From positions 25,205 through 89,204 of the forward strand of contig JANOHP010000015.1 of the NCBI GenBank assembly GCA_031406575.1: a DNA stretch of 64,000 bases, read 5' to 3'. The position numbers and the translations under genes were made by a program. This DNA is from Hyphomicrobiales bacterium (GTDB taxonomy: Bacteria > Pseudomonadota > Alphaproteobacteria > Rhizobiales > Hyphomicrobiaceae). Shown here one piece after another: positions 52,769 to 62,521 of the stretch (positions are counted from its first letter, which is position 1; each line of letters starts with the position of its first letter). Below the pieces are notes generated by a model. It worked only from the letters and a program-made list of their open reading frames with translations, was not told where the DNA came from and ran no database searches.

Positions 52769-55117
52769 CTACCGCCCGAACAATTGCTTGAGCGCGTCCT
52801 TCGCTTTTCCGACTTTTTCATCGGCCTTCGGTCCGTCGCCGATGATGGTGCGCAGGGCGCCGTCGAGGTCGCCGCCTTGTAGCTGTTTGCCGATTCTGCG
52901 GGCGGCTTCCTGCGCTTGGGGAGATTTCATCGCCGCATTGACGTCGGGGATGGCTTTCACATCGCTCCATGGCCCCGCGATGCGCACGGGTATCTCGATT
53001 CCGGCCAGACCCGATGTCCCGGTCGCCTTGGGCTTGAGCATCAGATCGATATTCTGGTCGACCATATTGACGGTGCCGCTGCCGGTGGCTTCGAGTGTGG
53101 GGCTCTTCAAGCGAATGTCTTGCGTGCGCCCCACGCCGCTGGCGATGGGCAAGCTGGCCGACAGTTCGGTGAACGGCGTGCGCGCCGCCGCGTTGCGGTC
53201 GAGATTTGGCAGGCGCCCCTGGGAGAGACTGGCGGTGATGTCGTTCGCGCTCCAGCCGATGACGGCGCCGTCGGCAACGTTGAGTTCAGCTTTTCCAGTC
53301 AGGCTCGACACCAGCTCGCGCTCGCTGCTGCCCTGCGCGCTGACGGCAATGACGACGCGTCCCCGTCCGTCCAGGCTATCGATGTTTGCGACGGTGCTCA
53401 AAAAGGGCAGCACGGAGACACCATCGGCCGACAGATTGGCACCGACGACGAGCGTGTCCTTCTGAGCATCGAGGGTAATCAAACCCTTCGCCCGGCCCCC
53501 GAACATCCGGGCGTCGCTGACATTGGCCTTCAACACGCCGGCCTTCAACGTCAGCGCCGATTGGCTCGAGCCGATCTCCTGCTGTTTCCAAACGACGCGA
53601 TCAACCTCCAGCCGTGCATCGATGTCGATCACCCGCAGCGCCGCCGATGACATCGGCTCGACGCTCCACGCCTCGCCGGCGCGACGCGCGAACCCGCGAA
53701 CCGCTGGCCCCGGCATGCTGGTTGCCGGCGGCAACGAGGGCGTTCGCTCGATCAACTCTTCGATGGAGCGCGGGGACGTTGCGGGCGGTGGCGGGGCCGA
53801 GATGCGAGGAACCGGGTGCGCTGCGGGCGTCGCGGGAGCGGAACGCAGGGCGAGGTTGCCGAGGTGATCGACATCCAGCAGGGATACCTTCAAAGCCGCT
53901 TGGATTTGCGGACGCGCTGCGGTCGTATCGACGCCGATGCGGCCCTGCAGAGCGGTCGAGCCGAACGTCAGCTGTGCGCCCGACAACGAGAAATTCTGTT
54001 GATGGCCTTTGATCTGACCCTCGAGCGCGATGGCTTGATCGGCCGCGCCCACCAGCTCGAGCCGCGCCAGACGCACCAGCGCCTCCATTGACGTGGTCGA
54101 CAGGGAGATACGGCCGTCGACCACGGGCTTGGCACCCGCCGTCAATAGGCCATCGTAATCCAATCGCAGCGAGGCGCCCTTGATGTCGAGCCGGGTTTTG
54201 GTTTCCCGCGCCGCTGCAGCATCCCGCAAGGAGGCGAGCTTCAGGCCGATATCGAAGCGCTCTCCGGCGTGGACGAGCGAGCCGGTGAGATCGAGCGGGC
54301 CGGCCGGATCGGGAAGGGAAACCCTCGCCTCCAACCGCTCGATCTCGTGGCGCGTGCCAGCGCGCAGATCGGACCACGTCACCCGGCCGTCGACGATGCG
54401 CACGTCTCCAAGACTGACGCCGTTGACGCCATCAAGCGCATTGGCGCGTGGCGCGATGGGAATGGTCGCGTTCTTGGCGAAGGCGTCGAGCTCGGACGCG
54501 GAACGTTTGTCGAGGTCTCGGCGCGGGGTTGCCTGCGCCAGTTGCACCCGGTTACCGCTCTGCAAGTCCATCGCGGCGGCGAAGTCCCAGCTGCGCCGCC
54601 CGGATTGATCGACGCGTAAAGTGATGTGCGGTCGATGCAGAACGAAGCGTTCGACCTGCACGTCGCGCAGCAGCATGGGCAACAGGGCGATGCTGACTTC
54701 CAGCTTGGCCGCAGTGAGGAGGGGATCACCGGGCATCTCGGGAGGTGCGGAGAGCGAGACGTCCGTGGCTGTGATCCCCAGGCCGGGCAGCATCGTAAAG
54801 TGCGTGCTGCCCGTAATGACGAGGTCGCGGCCCGTGCGGTTTTTGACTTCCGCGATGATGCGATCGCGCACGAGTTCCGTCGGGGGTGCAATCGCCAGGA
54901 ATGTCGCCACCGCCACAGCGAGGGCCGCAAGCCCGACTGACGCGTTCAGCAGGATCGCCTTGGCGCGGCGCACGCCCCGCGAGGGGGGGGACGCGGGACG
55001 CCGATGGGGTGAGCGAGGCGCGGGATGAGCCCCTACTGGGCCGAGTGCCAGCCGATCCCGACGGGGTTGCGCATCGTGTGGGTTGGGCATCGGATATCTC
55101 GGCGGGCGATCGGACAT
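52769..55117 (-). CDS. AsmA family outer-membrane biogenesis protein
   Basis: N-terminal TM anchor (AILLNASVGLAALAVAVATFLAI) followed by AsmA-type beta-rich repeats. 782 aa. Confidence 0.8.
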   Translation of the reverse strand: MSDRPPRYPMPNPHDAQPRRDRLALGPVGAHPAPRSPHRRPASPPSRGVRRAKAILLNASVGLAALAVAVATFLAIAPPTELVRDRIIAEVKNRTGRDLVITGSTHFTMLPGLGITATDVSLSAPPEMPGDPLLTAAKLEVSIALLPMLLRDVQVERFVLHRPHITLRVDQSGRRSWDFAAAMDLQSGNRVQLAQATPRRDLDKRSASELDAFAKNATIPIAPRANALDGVNGVSLGDVRIVDGRVTWSDLRAGTRHEIERLEARVSLPDPAGPLDLTGSLVHAGERFDIGLKLASLRDAAAARETKTRLDIKGASLRLDYDGLLTAGAKPVVDGRISLSTTSMEALVRLARLELVGAADQAIALEGQIKGHQQNFSLSGAQLTFGSTALQGRIGVDTTAARPQIQAALKVSLLDVDHLGNLALRSAPATPAAHPVPRISAPPPPATSPRSIEELIERTPSLPPATSMPGPAVRGFARRAGEAWSVEPMSSAALRVIDIDARLEVDRVVWKQQEIGSSQSALTLKAGVLKANVSDARMFGGRAKGLITLDAQKDTLVVGANLSADGVSVLPFLSTVANIDSLDGRGRVVIAVSAQGSSERELVSSLTGKAELNVADGAVIGWSANDITASLSQGRLPNLDRNAAARTPFTELSASLPIASGVGRTQDIRLKSPTLEATGSGTVNMVDQNIDLMLKPKATGTSGLAGIEIPVRIAGPWSDVKAIPDVNAAMKSPQAQEAARRIGKQLQGGDLDGALRTIIGDGPKADEKVGKAKDALKQLFGR

Positions 55118-55242
55118 GTCTTGCCTCTCGACGAGCCAGCCGACTGGGGCGGTGCGGCTCGCCGCAAATGATCGATTCGACTGCTAGTCCCAGATTATGT
55201 CATGGCCGCGGTGAGGTGAAGCGGCCGTTCGCTGAACCTGGA

Positions 55243-56010
55243 TCACTCGGCTGCGACGGCATCACCGACGGCGATCGGCCCCCCGATCGTGACTTTGGCG
55301 TAAATTCCGAAGTCGGTGTGGCCCCATGTTCGCTGCAGCAGGGAGGGAATCGCCATGTCACGCGCCCCCGAGGTCGGATCGACGTTGGTTGCCTCGCAGC
55401 GGGTGGTGCGATCGATCACGCTCAGGGTGGCCGCGCCGAGGGTCAGGGTCTTGCCGACCCACGACAGTTCCTCCCACGGCGGAATGCCATCGATGTGCAC
55501 GTTGGCGCGAAAGCGCAGGGGATGCACGGGGCGACCGGCGACGCGCTCGAGTTCGCGCACCGAGGCCAAATTGATGATGTGCAGGCACTTGGCCGACACG
55601 TCGGAAAAGCTGTGGCCCTCCGCGTGCACGATCTTGGGTGCGCCACGCACCGCGCCCTGCATGTAGGCCGCGATGAACTGCTCGATCAGGTGCCGGCCCG
55701 TGGGTGTGCTCAATTGCCCCCGCGCCACCTGTTTGCCGCTGCGTTTGATCGTCAGAGTTTCAGATGCGTCATCGAAATGGGTCTCGAGGGACGCCAGCCG
55801 TTCGTCGCGCATCAGCATCAGGAAATTGATTTTGGGCAGGTATTTCGGATGCTCGGGATCGAACCGCCCCGGCCCATTCTCGATCGCATAAGCCCGGTCG
55901 AACGGCACCGTCGCGCCCTTGGAGAGGTCTACGCGGTCCAGCGACTCGGGCGAGAGACCTTTGACGGGGTAGCGGTAGAGGGACTGGATTTGGGGGGAGG
56001 TGGGGGGCAT
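55243..56010 (-). CDS. MOSC domain-containing protein (YcbX-like)
   Basis: IQSLYRYPVKGLSPESLDRVDL... with a C-terminal MOSC region. Start at ATG 56010. Confidence 0.75.
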   Translation of the reverse strand: MPPTSPQIQSLYRYPVKGLSPESLDRVDLSKGATVPFDRAYAIENGPGRFDPEHPKYLPKINFLMLMRDERLASLETHFDDASETLTIKRSGKQVARGQLSTPTGRHLIEQFIAAYMQGAVRGAPKIVHAEGHSFSDVSAKCLHIINLASVRELERVAGRPVHPLRFRANVHIDGIPPWEELSWVGKTLTLGAATLSVIDRTTRCEATNVDPTSGARDMAIPSLLQRTWGHTDFGIYAKVTIGGPIAVGDAVAAE

Positions 56011-56241
56011 GGGGGCTCGGTACTTTGTTCGGTCGCAGGCGCTCTTGAACAAACGAACGAACCGTGATCAAAGACTAGGCTGCACGCTTTGAACAGGCGT
56101 GCCGCAGGGCACTAAACGATGAGCAAGTCGCTGGGGTGCGACGGCAGCCGTGTTGAATCAGCGTTCGCGTCCTGCGTCAAGGCGCCGTAGACACCTCTCC
56201 GACCTTTTGACCGCACTCGAGCGCAAAAGGACGCAGACGCA

Positions 56242-57159
56242 ATGAGCACGAACACAGAAGTCGTGAGGCTTTTTGCTTCGTTTGAAGATTGCAAGTTTGA
56301 CCATCATGGCACAGAGGCGTGGACTGCTCGCAGTCTGATGGCCCCATTCGGGTATGACCGGTGGGAGAATTTCAGGGAAGCGATCAAGCGGGCACTGGAG
56401 AGCTGCGTGGCGTCTGGAATTGACCCGGCAGCCAACTTTCTCTTGGGCGATGGTTCAGATCCATGGGTGCCCGACAAGGTTTTTCGTGGCGCCACGAAAA
56501 ACCCCCAAGGCGGTCGTCCGAGCGAAGATGTCATAATGACACGACGCGCCGCCTACCTCATCGCCATGAATGGCGACCCACGCAAGCCAGAGATCGCGTT
56601 CGCGCAGCAATACTTCGCGGCATCAACACGCACTCTCGAGGTAATCCAGCAGCGGATCGTCGAGGGCGCGCGTTTGCAAACCCGCGAAAAACTCACCGAG
56701 ACCGAGGGTCGTTTCCAACGCGTAGTTTTTCAGCATGACGTTGACGGTGATGGAATTGGTCGCATCCGTAGCAAGGGCGACGAGGCTTTGTTCGGCGGCA
56801 AAAACACCCAGCAGATGAAGGACAAATGGGGCGTGCCCAAAGGACGACCGTTGGCAGATTTCGCTCCCGAGGTCGTCAATATCGCCAAGCAGCTTGGCGC
56901 GGCGATAACGACGCACAATGTGAAGGTCAATAACTTGCGCGGAGAAAACCAGATCACCGGTGAGCATGTCGCAAACAACAAGATGGTTCGCGGTGGCGTG
57001 GCATCTCGCGGGATCATCCTCGAGGATCTCGACGGTGAAGAGGATATCAAAAAAATCGAGCGTCGACACGCGAGCGAGGCAAAGAAGCTGACGGCGCCGC
57101 CGAAGGCCGAGAAACCGAGCGGCGCTACGCCGAAAAGAGCCAAAGGCAAGTCAGCGTAA
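56242..57159 (+). CDS. dinD: DNA damage-inducible protein D-like
   Basis: WTARSLMAPFGYDRWENFREAIKRALESC..., RAAYLIAMNGDPRKPEIAFAQQYFA and ...ALFGG... parallel E. coli DinD (WSARQLGKLLGY..., [26 protein letters not shown]). It has a Lys-rich tail. The region has lower GC. Confidence 0.7.
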   Translation: MSTNTEVVRLFASFEDCKFDHHGTEAWTARSLMAPFGYDRWENFREAIKRALESCVASGIDPAANFLLGDGSDPWVPDKVFRGATKNPQGGRPSEDVIMTRRAAYLIAMNGDPRKPEIAFAQQYFAASTRTLEVIQQRIVEGARLQTREKLTETEGRFQRVVFQHDVDGDGIGRIRSKGDEALFGGKNTQQMKDKWGVPKGRPLADFAPEVVNIAKQLGAAITTHNVKVNNLRGENQITGEHVANNKMVRGGVASRGIILEDLDGEEDIKKIERRHASEAKKLTAPPKAEKPSGATPKRAKGKSA

Positions 57160-57283
57160 AATCTCAGACGGTGGGTGCCCCATCAGCAGGATCGCCGCCT
57201 GCTATCGCCCTGCTGTCCACCCAGCGCCGCCACCAGACAGGCCTTGATCTGGGCTTCGTGCCAGTTCTGGGTAAGCCGTGGAT

Positions 57284-57386
57284 GTTGGGTCGCGCTGCGC
57301 TGACCCAACCGCGTGGGAAGCGCCCTAGTGTTCCGACTCAATCATAATGTACCCCTATTCAACGTCATCCCCGCGACGGTGGGGAT
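57284..57386. repeat. two different REP-type palindromes downstream of dinD
   Basis: GTTGGGTC-GCGCTGCGCT-GACCCAAC (57284-57309) and ATCCCC-GCGACGGT-GGGGAT (57367-57386). Confidence 0.6.
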
Positions 57387-57415
57387 CCACGCCAAGTCGT
57401 TGAGTATACTGATAA

Positions 57416-57460
57416 GTGTCGTGGGTGCCCGCCTACGCGGACATGACGTTGAGGGGTGGG
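57416..57460. repeat. REP unit, copy 2 (PAFAGMT-type)
   Basis: GTGTCGTGGGTGCCCGCCTACGCGGACATGACGTTGAGGGGTGGG matches 14300-14345 at most positions. Confidence 0.7.
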
Positions 57461-57492
57461 TTGACCGGGTGCCATATGACTGGGCCAGAACA

Positions 57493-57711
57493 CTAGCGCC
57501 GCTTTTTCGGCATAGGCAGGCTATCCCCGAATCTGTCTTCTTGCGCCAACCAGTCCAGTTTGCCCGCCGCGACGTCGCGCTCAATCCGCGCGTCCCACAG
57601 GCGTGCCTGCAATTCCTCAAACCATTCCCTGAACTTGGAAAGCTCCTCGCGCGGCAGCCGCTCGACGGCTTTCTTGAGGTCTTCCAAATTATCCAAAGGC
57701 AAACCTTTCAA
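57493..57711 (-). CDS. small charged helical protein, antitoxin-like; unknown family
   Basis: (TTG start) KGLPLDNLEDLKKAVERLPREELSKFREWFEELQARLWDARIERDVAAGKLDWLAQE. The pattern is reminiscent of small addiction-module antitoxin components. It is in the same frame as the upstream hicB-like ORF. Confidence 0.4.
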   Translation of the reverse strand: MKGLPLDNLEDLKKAVERLPREELSKFREWFEELQARLWDARIERDVAAGKLDWLAQEDRFGDSLPMPKKRR

Positions 57712-57726
57712 AGGCGGTCGGCCAAT

Positions 57727-57891
57727 TCACTGATCGTCGAGGCGCTCAGCCATGACGCGTAGCGCAAGTATCTCCGCTTTGATCGCAGCTTCATCGGCTG
57801 TCGCGCCGTAGGTCAAAACACCGGGAATTTGAGGAATTTCCGCAATCCTCCGGCCGTCGTCCTCTTGCTCGTATGCGATGGTCAGTTTCAT
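57727..57891 (-). CDS. HicB-like (UPF0150) antitoxin-fold protein, 54 aa; below the ORF-track size cutoff
   Basis: My translation is MKLTIAYEQEDDGRRIAEIPQIPGVLTYGATADEAAIKAEILALRVMAERLDDQ*. The core motif (GxxAxxPxxPGxxxxGxTxxEA) is typical of HicB-like N-terminal domains. Confidence 0.6.
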   Translation of the reverse strand: MKLTIAYEQEDDGRRIAEIPQIPGVLTYGATADEAAIKAEILALRVMAERLDDQ

Positions 57892-57931
57892 GACATGCTC
57901 TTTACGGATTTTGTTCTAGGGCCATCATACA

Positions 57932-60730
57932 TCACGCCCCCGGCCGCCCGGTTTTCCTTGCTCGTCCACCGCGCCGTGCCTTCTTGTCCCCGCCACTCGG
58001 AGCGTCGGTAGAGCGGTTGACGTGGAGATCGGGTTTTTCGGTGGGGCGGGTCTTGTCGACGGGCACTTCCGTGCGGCCGACGGTCATTTCATCGAGGGTG
58101 GGTTTGCGCACGCGGGAGGCGGGTTGCGCGGTGGACTGGGCGTAGGTCGGTTGCACGGGTTCGTATTCGGTGGCGATGCGGGAGCCGGCGTTGTCGGTGT
58201 CGGGCTTGCGGCCAGAGGGCGAGGGACGTGTCAGCACATTTCCCGCCGCGCCGTATTTGCGTTGGCCGGCGAACGATCCCGCGCGATCTTCGATCTCGGT
58301 CTGGCGGGCCAGCGGATCGTCCGAGATGGCGAGTTCGGTTTGCCGCAGGCGTTTGACTTCATCGCGCAGGCGCGCGGCTTCTTCGAACTCGAGGTCGGCG
58401 GCAGCGGTGCGCATGCGCTTTTCCATCTCGTCGATGATGGCGGCGAGATTGTGCCCCACCAGCGGCACGCCGCCGATATCGGCGAGCCCCGAGTCGACCG
58501 TGACGTGATCCTGCTCGTAGACAGACGACATCACGTCGTGAATGTTGCGCTTGATACTCTCGGGCGTGATGCCGTGCGCGGTATTGTACGCCACCTGCTT
58601 TTCACGCCGCCGGTCCGTCTCGGCGAGCGCGCGCTCCATCGAGCCGGTAATGCGGTCGGCGTAAAGGATGACCCTGCCGTCGACGTTGCGGGCCGCGCGG
58701 CCAATGGTCTGGATCAGGGATGTTTCGGAGCGCAGAAATCCCTCCTTGTCCGCATCGAGGATGGCGACGCGGGCGCACTCCGGGATGTCCAAACCCTCGC
58801 GCAGGAGATTGATGCCGATCAGCACGTCGAAGGCGCCCAGGCGCAGGTCGCGAATGATCTCGATGCGCTCCAATGTTTCGATGTCGGAGTGCATGTAGCG
58901 CACGCGGATGCCGTTGTCGTGCAGGTACTCCGTCAGGTCCTCGGCCATGCGCTTGGTCAGTACGGTGACGAGCGTGCGATAGCCTTTTTTGGCGACTTGG
59001 CGCACCTCGTCGAGGAGATCGTCCACCTGCGTTTTTGCCGGGCGGATTTCGCAGACGGGATCGATCAGTCCAGTCGGACGGATGACTTGTTCGACGAAGG
59101 CGCCGCCGGTCTGCTCCATTTCCCACGATCCGGGCGTCGCGGACACATAGACCGTCTGGGGCCGCATCACGTTCCATTCCTCGAACCGCATGGGGCGATT
59201 GTCGAGGCACGACGGCAGGCGGAAGCCGTATTCGGCCAGCGTCGCCTTGCGCCGATAGTCGCCACGGAACATGCCACCGATCTGCGGCACGGTGACGTGA
59301 CTCTCATCGGCGAAGACGAGGGCGTTGTCGGGCAGATATTCGAACAGCGTCGGCGGCGGTTCACCGGGTTTGCGGCCGGTGAGATAGCGCGAGTAATTTT
59401 CAATGCCGGCGCACGAGCCCGTGGCTTCCATCATTTCCATGTCGAACAGGGTGCGTTGCTCGAGCCGCTGGGCCTCGAGCAACTTGCCCGTGCGATACAA
59501 CTCTTCGAGGCGTTCTTTCAGCTCGGATTTTATGGATTTCAGCGCCTGCTGCAGCGTCGGCTTGGGTGTCACGTAGTGTGAATTGGCGTAGATTTTGACG
59601 AGTTTCAACTCGTCGGTCTTGCTGCCGGTGAGCGGATCGAACTCGGTGATGCTCTCGATTTCGTCGCCAAACAGTGAGATGCGCCAGGCGCGGTCCTCCA
59701 AGTGGGCCGGATAGAGTTCGATCGTATCGCCTCGCGCGCGAAAACTGCCGCGCAGAAAATTGCCGTCGTTGCGGCGGTAATGCAGCGCCACGAGGTCGGC
59801 GAGAAGCTGGTCGCGGCTGATGCGGTCGCCCAGCGAGACCGTGAACGTCATCGCCGTGTAGGTCTCGACCGAGCCGATACCGTAGATGCACGACACGGAC
59901 GCCACGATGATGACGTCGTCGCGTTCGAGCAGGGAGCGGGTTGCGGCGTGGCGCATCCGGTCGATCTGCTCGTTCACTGAGGATTCTTTTTCGATGTAGG
60001 TGTCCGTGCGCGGCACATAGGCTTCCGGCTGGTAGTAGTCGTAGTACGACACGAAATACTCGACGGCGTTGTCGGGGAAAAAGCTCTTGAACTCGCCGTA
60101 GAGCTGGGCCGCCAGGGTCTTGTTGGGCGCCAGGATCAGAGCCGGGCGCTGCGTCGCCTGGATGATGTGCGCCATCGTGAACGTCTTGCCGGAGCCTGTG
60201 ACCCCGAGCAGCACTTGGTTGCGCTCGTGCTTGTTGACACCATCGACCAATTCGATGATCGCCTGGGGCTGGTCGCCCTTGGGCTCGTATTCCGAGACGA
60301 TGCGCAAGGGGATGCCGCCCTCGGATTTGTCGGGGCGGGGCGGGCGATGGGGGACGTAAGTCGGCACCGTTCCCGCGACGAGGGGGTGGCTCGCCATCAT
60401 CGGTTGGCGGGCGATCAGCTCTTTCGCGCGGTCGGAGCGTTCCTCGGGGCGGGCGAGAAGCGCGTTGAGGCCAGCGGACGGCGAAAAGTCTTCGGGCCTC
60501 GGACGGGTCGAGCGCAGGGCGGGGAGCGCCGGCATCGATGATCCACCAGCGGGAAGAAAAGGCGCTTGCGGAGCTTCGGCGAAGCCGGGCGTTCCGGCCG
60601 CCGTTTCAGCGCGGGGCGCCACAGGCTTGCCGCTTTTGCCCCGTGAGGGGCGAGCCTTGGGGGTCGTGTCGGTTTTGTCGGAGCGCGCCATGCCCGCAAT
60701 ATGGCCTGCGACTCGGGCGATCTCAAGCAA
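57932..60730 (-). CDS. uvrB: excinuclease ABC subunit B, with long N- and C-terminal low-complexity extensions
   Basis: [14 protein letters not shown], helicase motifs, and the UVR domain [19 protein letters not shown] 60691 (M14) is an alternative start. Confidence 0.9.
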   Translation of the reverse strand: MLEIARVAGHIAGMARSDKTDTTPKARPSRGKSGKPVAPRAETAAGTPGFAEAPQAPFLPAGGSSMPALPALRSTRPRPEDFSPSAGLNALLARPEERSDRAKELIARQPMMASHPLVAGTVPTYVPHRPPRPDKSEGGIPLRIVSEYEPKGDQPQAIIELVDGVNKHERNQVLLGVTGSGKTFTMAHIIQATQRPALILAPNKTLAAQLYGEFKSFFPDNAVEYFVSYYDYYQPEAYVPRTDTYIEKESSVNEQIDRMRHAATRSLLERDDVIIVASVSCIYGIGSVETYTAMTFTVSLGDRISRDQLLADLVALHYRRNDGNFLRGSFRARGDTIELYPAHLEDRAWRISLFGDEIESITEFDPLTGSKTDELKLVKIYANSHYVTPKPTLQQALKSIKSELKERLEELYRTGKLLEAQRLEQRTLFDMEMMEATGSCAGIENYSRYLTGRKPGEPPPTLFEYLPDNALVFADESHVTVPQIGGMFRGDYRRKATLAEYGFRLPSCLDNRPMRFEEWNVMRPQTVYVSATPGSWEMEQTGGAFVEQVIRPTGLIDPVCEIRPAKTQVDDLLDEVRQVAKKGYRTLVTVLTKRMAEDLTEYLHDNGIRVRYMHSDIETLERIEIIRDLRLGAFDVLIGINLLREGLDIPECARVAILDADKEGFLRSETSLIQTIGRAARNVDGRVILYADRITGSMERALAETDRRREKQVAYNTAHGITPESIKRNIHDVMSSVYEQDHVTVDSGLADIGGVPLVGHNLAAIIDEMEKRMRTAAADLEFEEAARLRDEVKRLRQTELAISDDPLARQTEIEDRAGSFAGQRKYGAAGNVLTRPSPSGRKPDTDNAGSRIATEYEPVQPTYAQSTAQPASRVRKPTLDEMTVGRTEVPVDKTRPTEKPDLHVNRSTDAPSGGDKKARRGGRARKTGRPGA

Positions 60731-60780
60731 TCTGGCGTCGCGCCGAAGGACGCGCGGTCGAGCGCCAACTCTGCAGCCGT

Positions 60781-61716
60781 CTACTCGGCCGCGGCAATCC
60801 GCCCCGACGTCGCCGCTCCAGGCGCTGGACCCTCGTGCAGCAGGTGCCGCCAGTGCTCCGGCGTGTCACGAACGGCGCGGGGAAGCTCTGCGAGCGAAAC
60901 CCGACGCAGCGAACGGCCGCAGATGCTGCGGCCTTCGCGGATCATCCGTTCGATGTTCGCCAAATTGTTGAACTCGGGCGTATTGCGCTCCTGGTGGGCG
61001 TAGCTGCGGATCTTGTATTGGATTTTCTCGGGCGTGTTGACGAACGTGAAGTGCCAGCCGCCGTGCTCGATCAACGCATGCGTCAAGGGCCGGCCGATGC
61101 GCACCACGTTTTTCGCCACGTTGATGGCTTGGTTGACCGGCATGGGCAGGCGTCGGCTCTGGCGGGCGCGGAACAGGCGAAAATCCTGAACGGCAGGAAG
61201 ATGGCGTTTTTGCACCGCACGAACCGCACACAAGCCCACCCACTTGTCGACGATCGCGAGGTCGAGCTTGTAGGTGTAATAATCGCACTCGATGAACCAG
61301 ATGCGCCCGGCCATGGCGGCAGGCGTCAGGCGCGCAACGTGGGCCGGGAACGGAATTTCATCGACATCGGAAATCATGATGACGTCATCGGGAGCGGCTT
61401 CGCCCAGACCACGGGCGACGGCATTGCGCTGGAACGCTTCGCGGTCCCACGCATCTCCTTCAGCGGGCAGGTCGTCGATCACGACATGCACGATCTTGGG
61501 CAGGAAACGGGCAAACCGCTCACGATTGTCGGTGAAATGGAGGGGTTTGGGGTCGTTGGAGAACGTGCGCGTCGCCTCGGCAATGACGAAGCGATCGACC
61601 ACGGAGTCGAGTTCCGTCAGCCGTAGCTCCAGAATGTCGAGTTCGTTGAAAAACGTGAAGCAATCCCAGACGGCCACGCGTGTCCCCTTGCCCTGGCGGC
61701 ATGATGGGGCGACCAT
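60781..61716 (-). CDS. glycosyltransferase family 17-like protein
   Basis: [46 protein letters not shown]...[11 protein letters not shown]. Start at ATG 61716. Confidence 0.7.
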   Translation of the reverse strand: MVAPSCRQGKGTRVAVWDCFTFFNELDILELRLTELDSVVDRFVIAEATRTFSNDPKPLHFTDNRERFARFLPKIVHVVIDDLPAEGDAWDREAFQRNAVARGLGEAAPDDVIMISDVDEIPFPAHVARLTPAAMAGRIWFIECDYYTYKLDLAIVDKWVGLCAVRAVQKRHLPAVQDFRLFRARQSRRLPMPVNQAINVAKNVVRIGRPLTHALIEHGGWHFTFVNTPEKIQYKIRSYAHQERNTPEFNNLANIERMIREGRSICGRSLRRVSLAELPRAVRDTPEHWRHLLHEGPAPGAATSGRIAAAE

Positions 61717-61774
61717 AGCCGATATCGACGGCCGGCACGCAGCGACAGGCCGTCGCCGGGGGAAATGGCGCAAT

Positions 61775-62335
61775 ATGGCCGCAACGACGGGACACAGCGC
61801 AGCGCCGCGGATCGTGCCGTTCGTCGACGTGGCGGTGTCCGCGCGCCAGCAGGCGGAGATCGACGCGATTTTCTTTGCGGCCAGCGCGACCCAGTCTTTT
61901 GCCAGCGATACCGCGCGCGCCGCCTTTCGCGAACGGTGGCTCGGCCGGTATTTCTCGCTCTTTCCGCAGGATGGCTGGTTGGCGCTCGACGCGGAGGACG
62001 GCGTGCTCGGCTATCTCGTGAGCGCGCGTGAAGACCCCGCGCGCGATCCCGTCTTCGCCGATATCGGCTACTTCGCGGACTTGGCCGACGTGACGCCGCT
62101 CTATCCGGCGCACCTGCATATCAACCTCGCCGAAAGTGCCCGCTCACGCGGTATCGGCGCGCGGCTCGTGGAGGCCTTCGTGTCGCGCCTTCGCGCCGAG
62201 GGCGTGCTGGGCGTGCACGTCGTGACCGGTGCCGGATCGCGCAACCGATCCTTTTACGCTCGGCTCGGGTTCGAGGTCGTTCGGGAGTTCGATTGGAAAG
62301 GCGCGGCCATCGTGATGTTGGGGCGGAAGATGTGA
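61775..62335 (+). CDS. GNAT family N-acetyltransferase
   Basis: ...AHLHINLAESARSRGIGARLVEAFVSRLRAEGVLGVHVVTGAGSRNRSFYARLGFEVV is the acetyl-CoA binding motif. Start at ATG 61775. The upstream part of the 347-aa track ORF is antisense to the GT17 gene. Confidence 0.75.
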   Translation: MAATTGHSAAPRIVPFVDVAVSARQQAEIDAIFFAASATQSFASDTARAAFRERWLGRYFSLFPQDGWLALDAEDGVLGYLVSAREDPARDPVFADIGYFADLADVTPLYPAHLHINLAESARSRGIGARLVEAFVSRLRAEGVLGVHVVTGAGSRNRSFYARLGFEVVREFDWKGAAIVMLGRKM

Positions 62336-62357
62336 GTTCAGCGCGATCGTGCGACGT

Positions 62358-62495
62358 TCAGAAACACCACACGCGCGACCCGAGCGCGGCCATGTCGGCC
62401 AAGATCGCTTCGCCTCGAACGGCCACGAGATAGCCTGCGCCCAGCAACAGGATGCTGGCGAGCATCGTCAAACCGATCTGAAGCGTGCGAGGCAT
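62358..62495 (-). CDS. possible 45-aa single-TM peptide downstream of the MFS gene
   Basis: MPRTLQIGLTMLASILLLGAGYLVAVRGEAILADMAALGSRVWCF. The only support is an ORF with a hydrophobic segment. Confidence 0.2.
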   Translation of the reverse strand: MPRTLQIGLTMLASILLLGAGYLVAVRGEAILADMAALGSRVWCF

Positions 62496-62521
62496 CGCCG
62501 TTCGTCCCGTGCGTCTTCGTC

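Noticed and set aside
56047-56062. GAAC repeats upstream of dinD as a LexA (SOS) box
   Set aside because: The spacing is GAAC-N4-GAAC and GAAC-N8-GAAC, not the GAAC-N7-GAAC direct repeat used by alphaproteobacterial LexA.
61292-61774. N-terminal 161 codons of the 347-aa ORF 61292..62335
   Set aside because: This part is antisense to the well-supported GT17 gene and is Ser/Arg-rich. GNAT homology starts only after ATG 61775.
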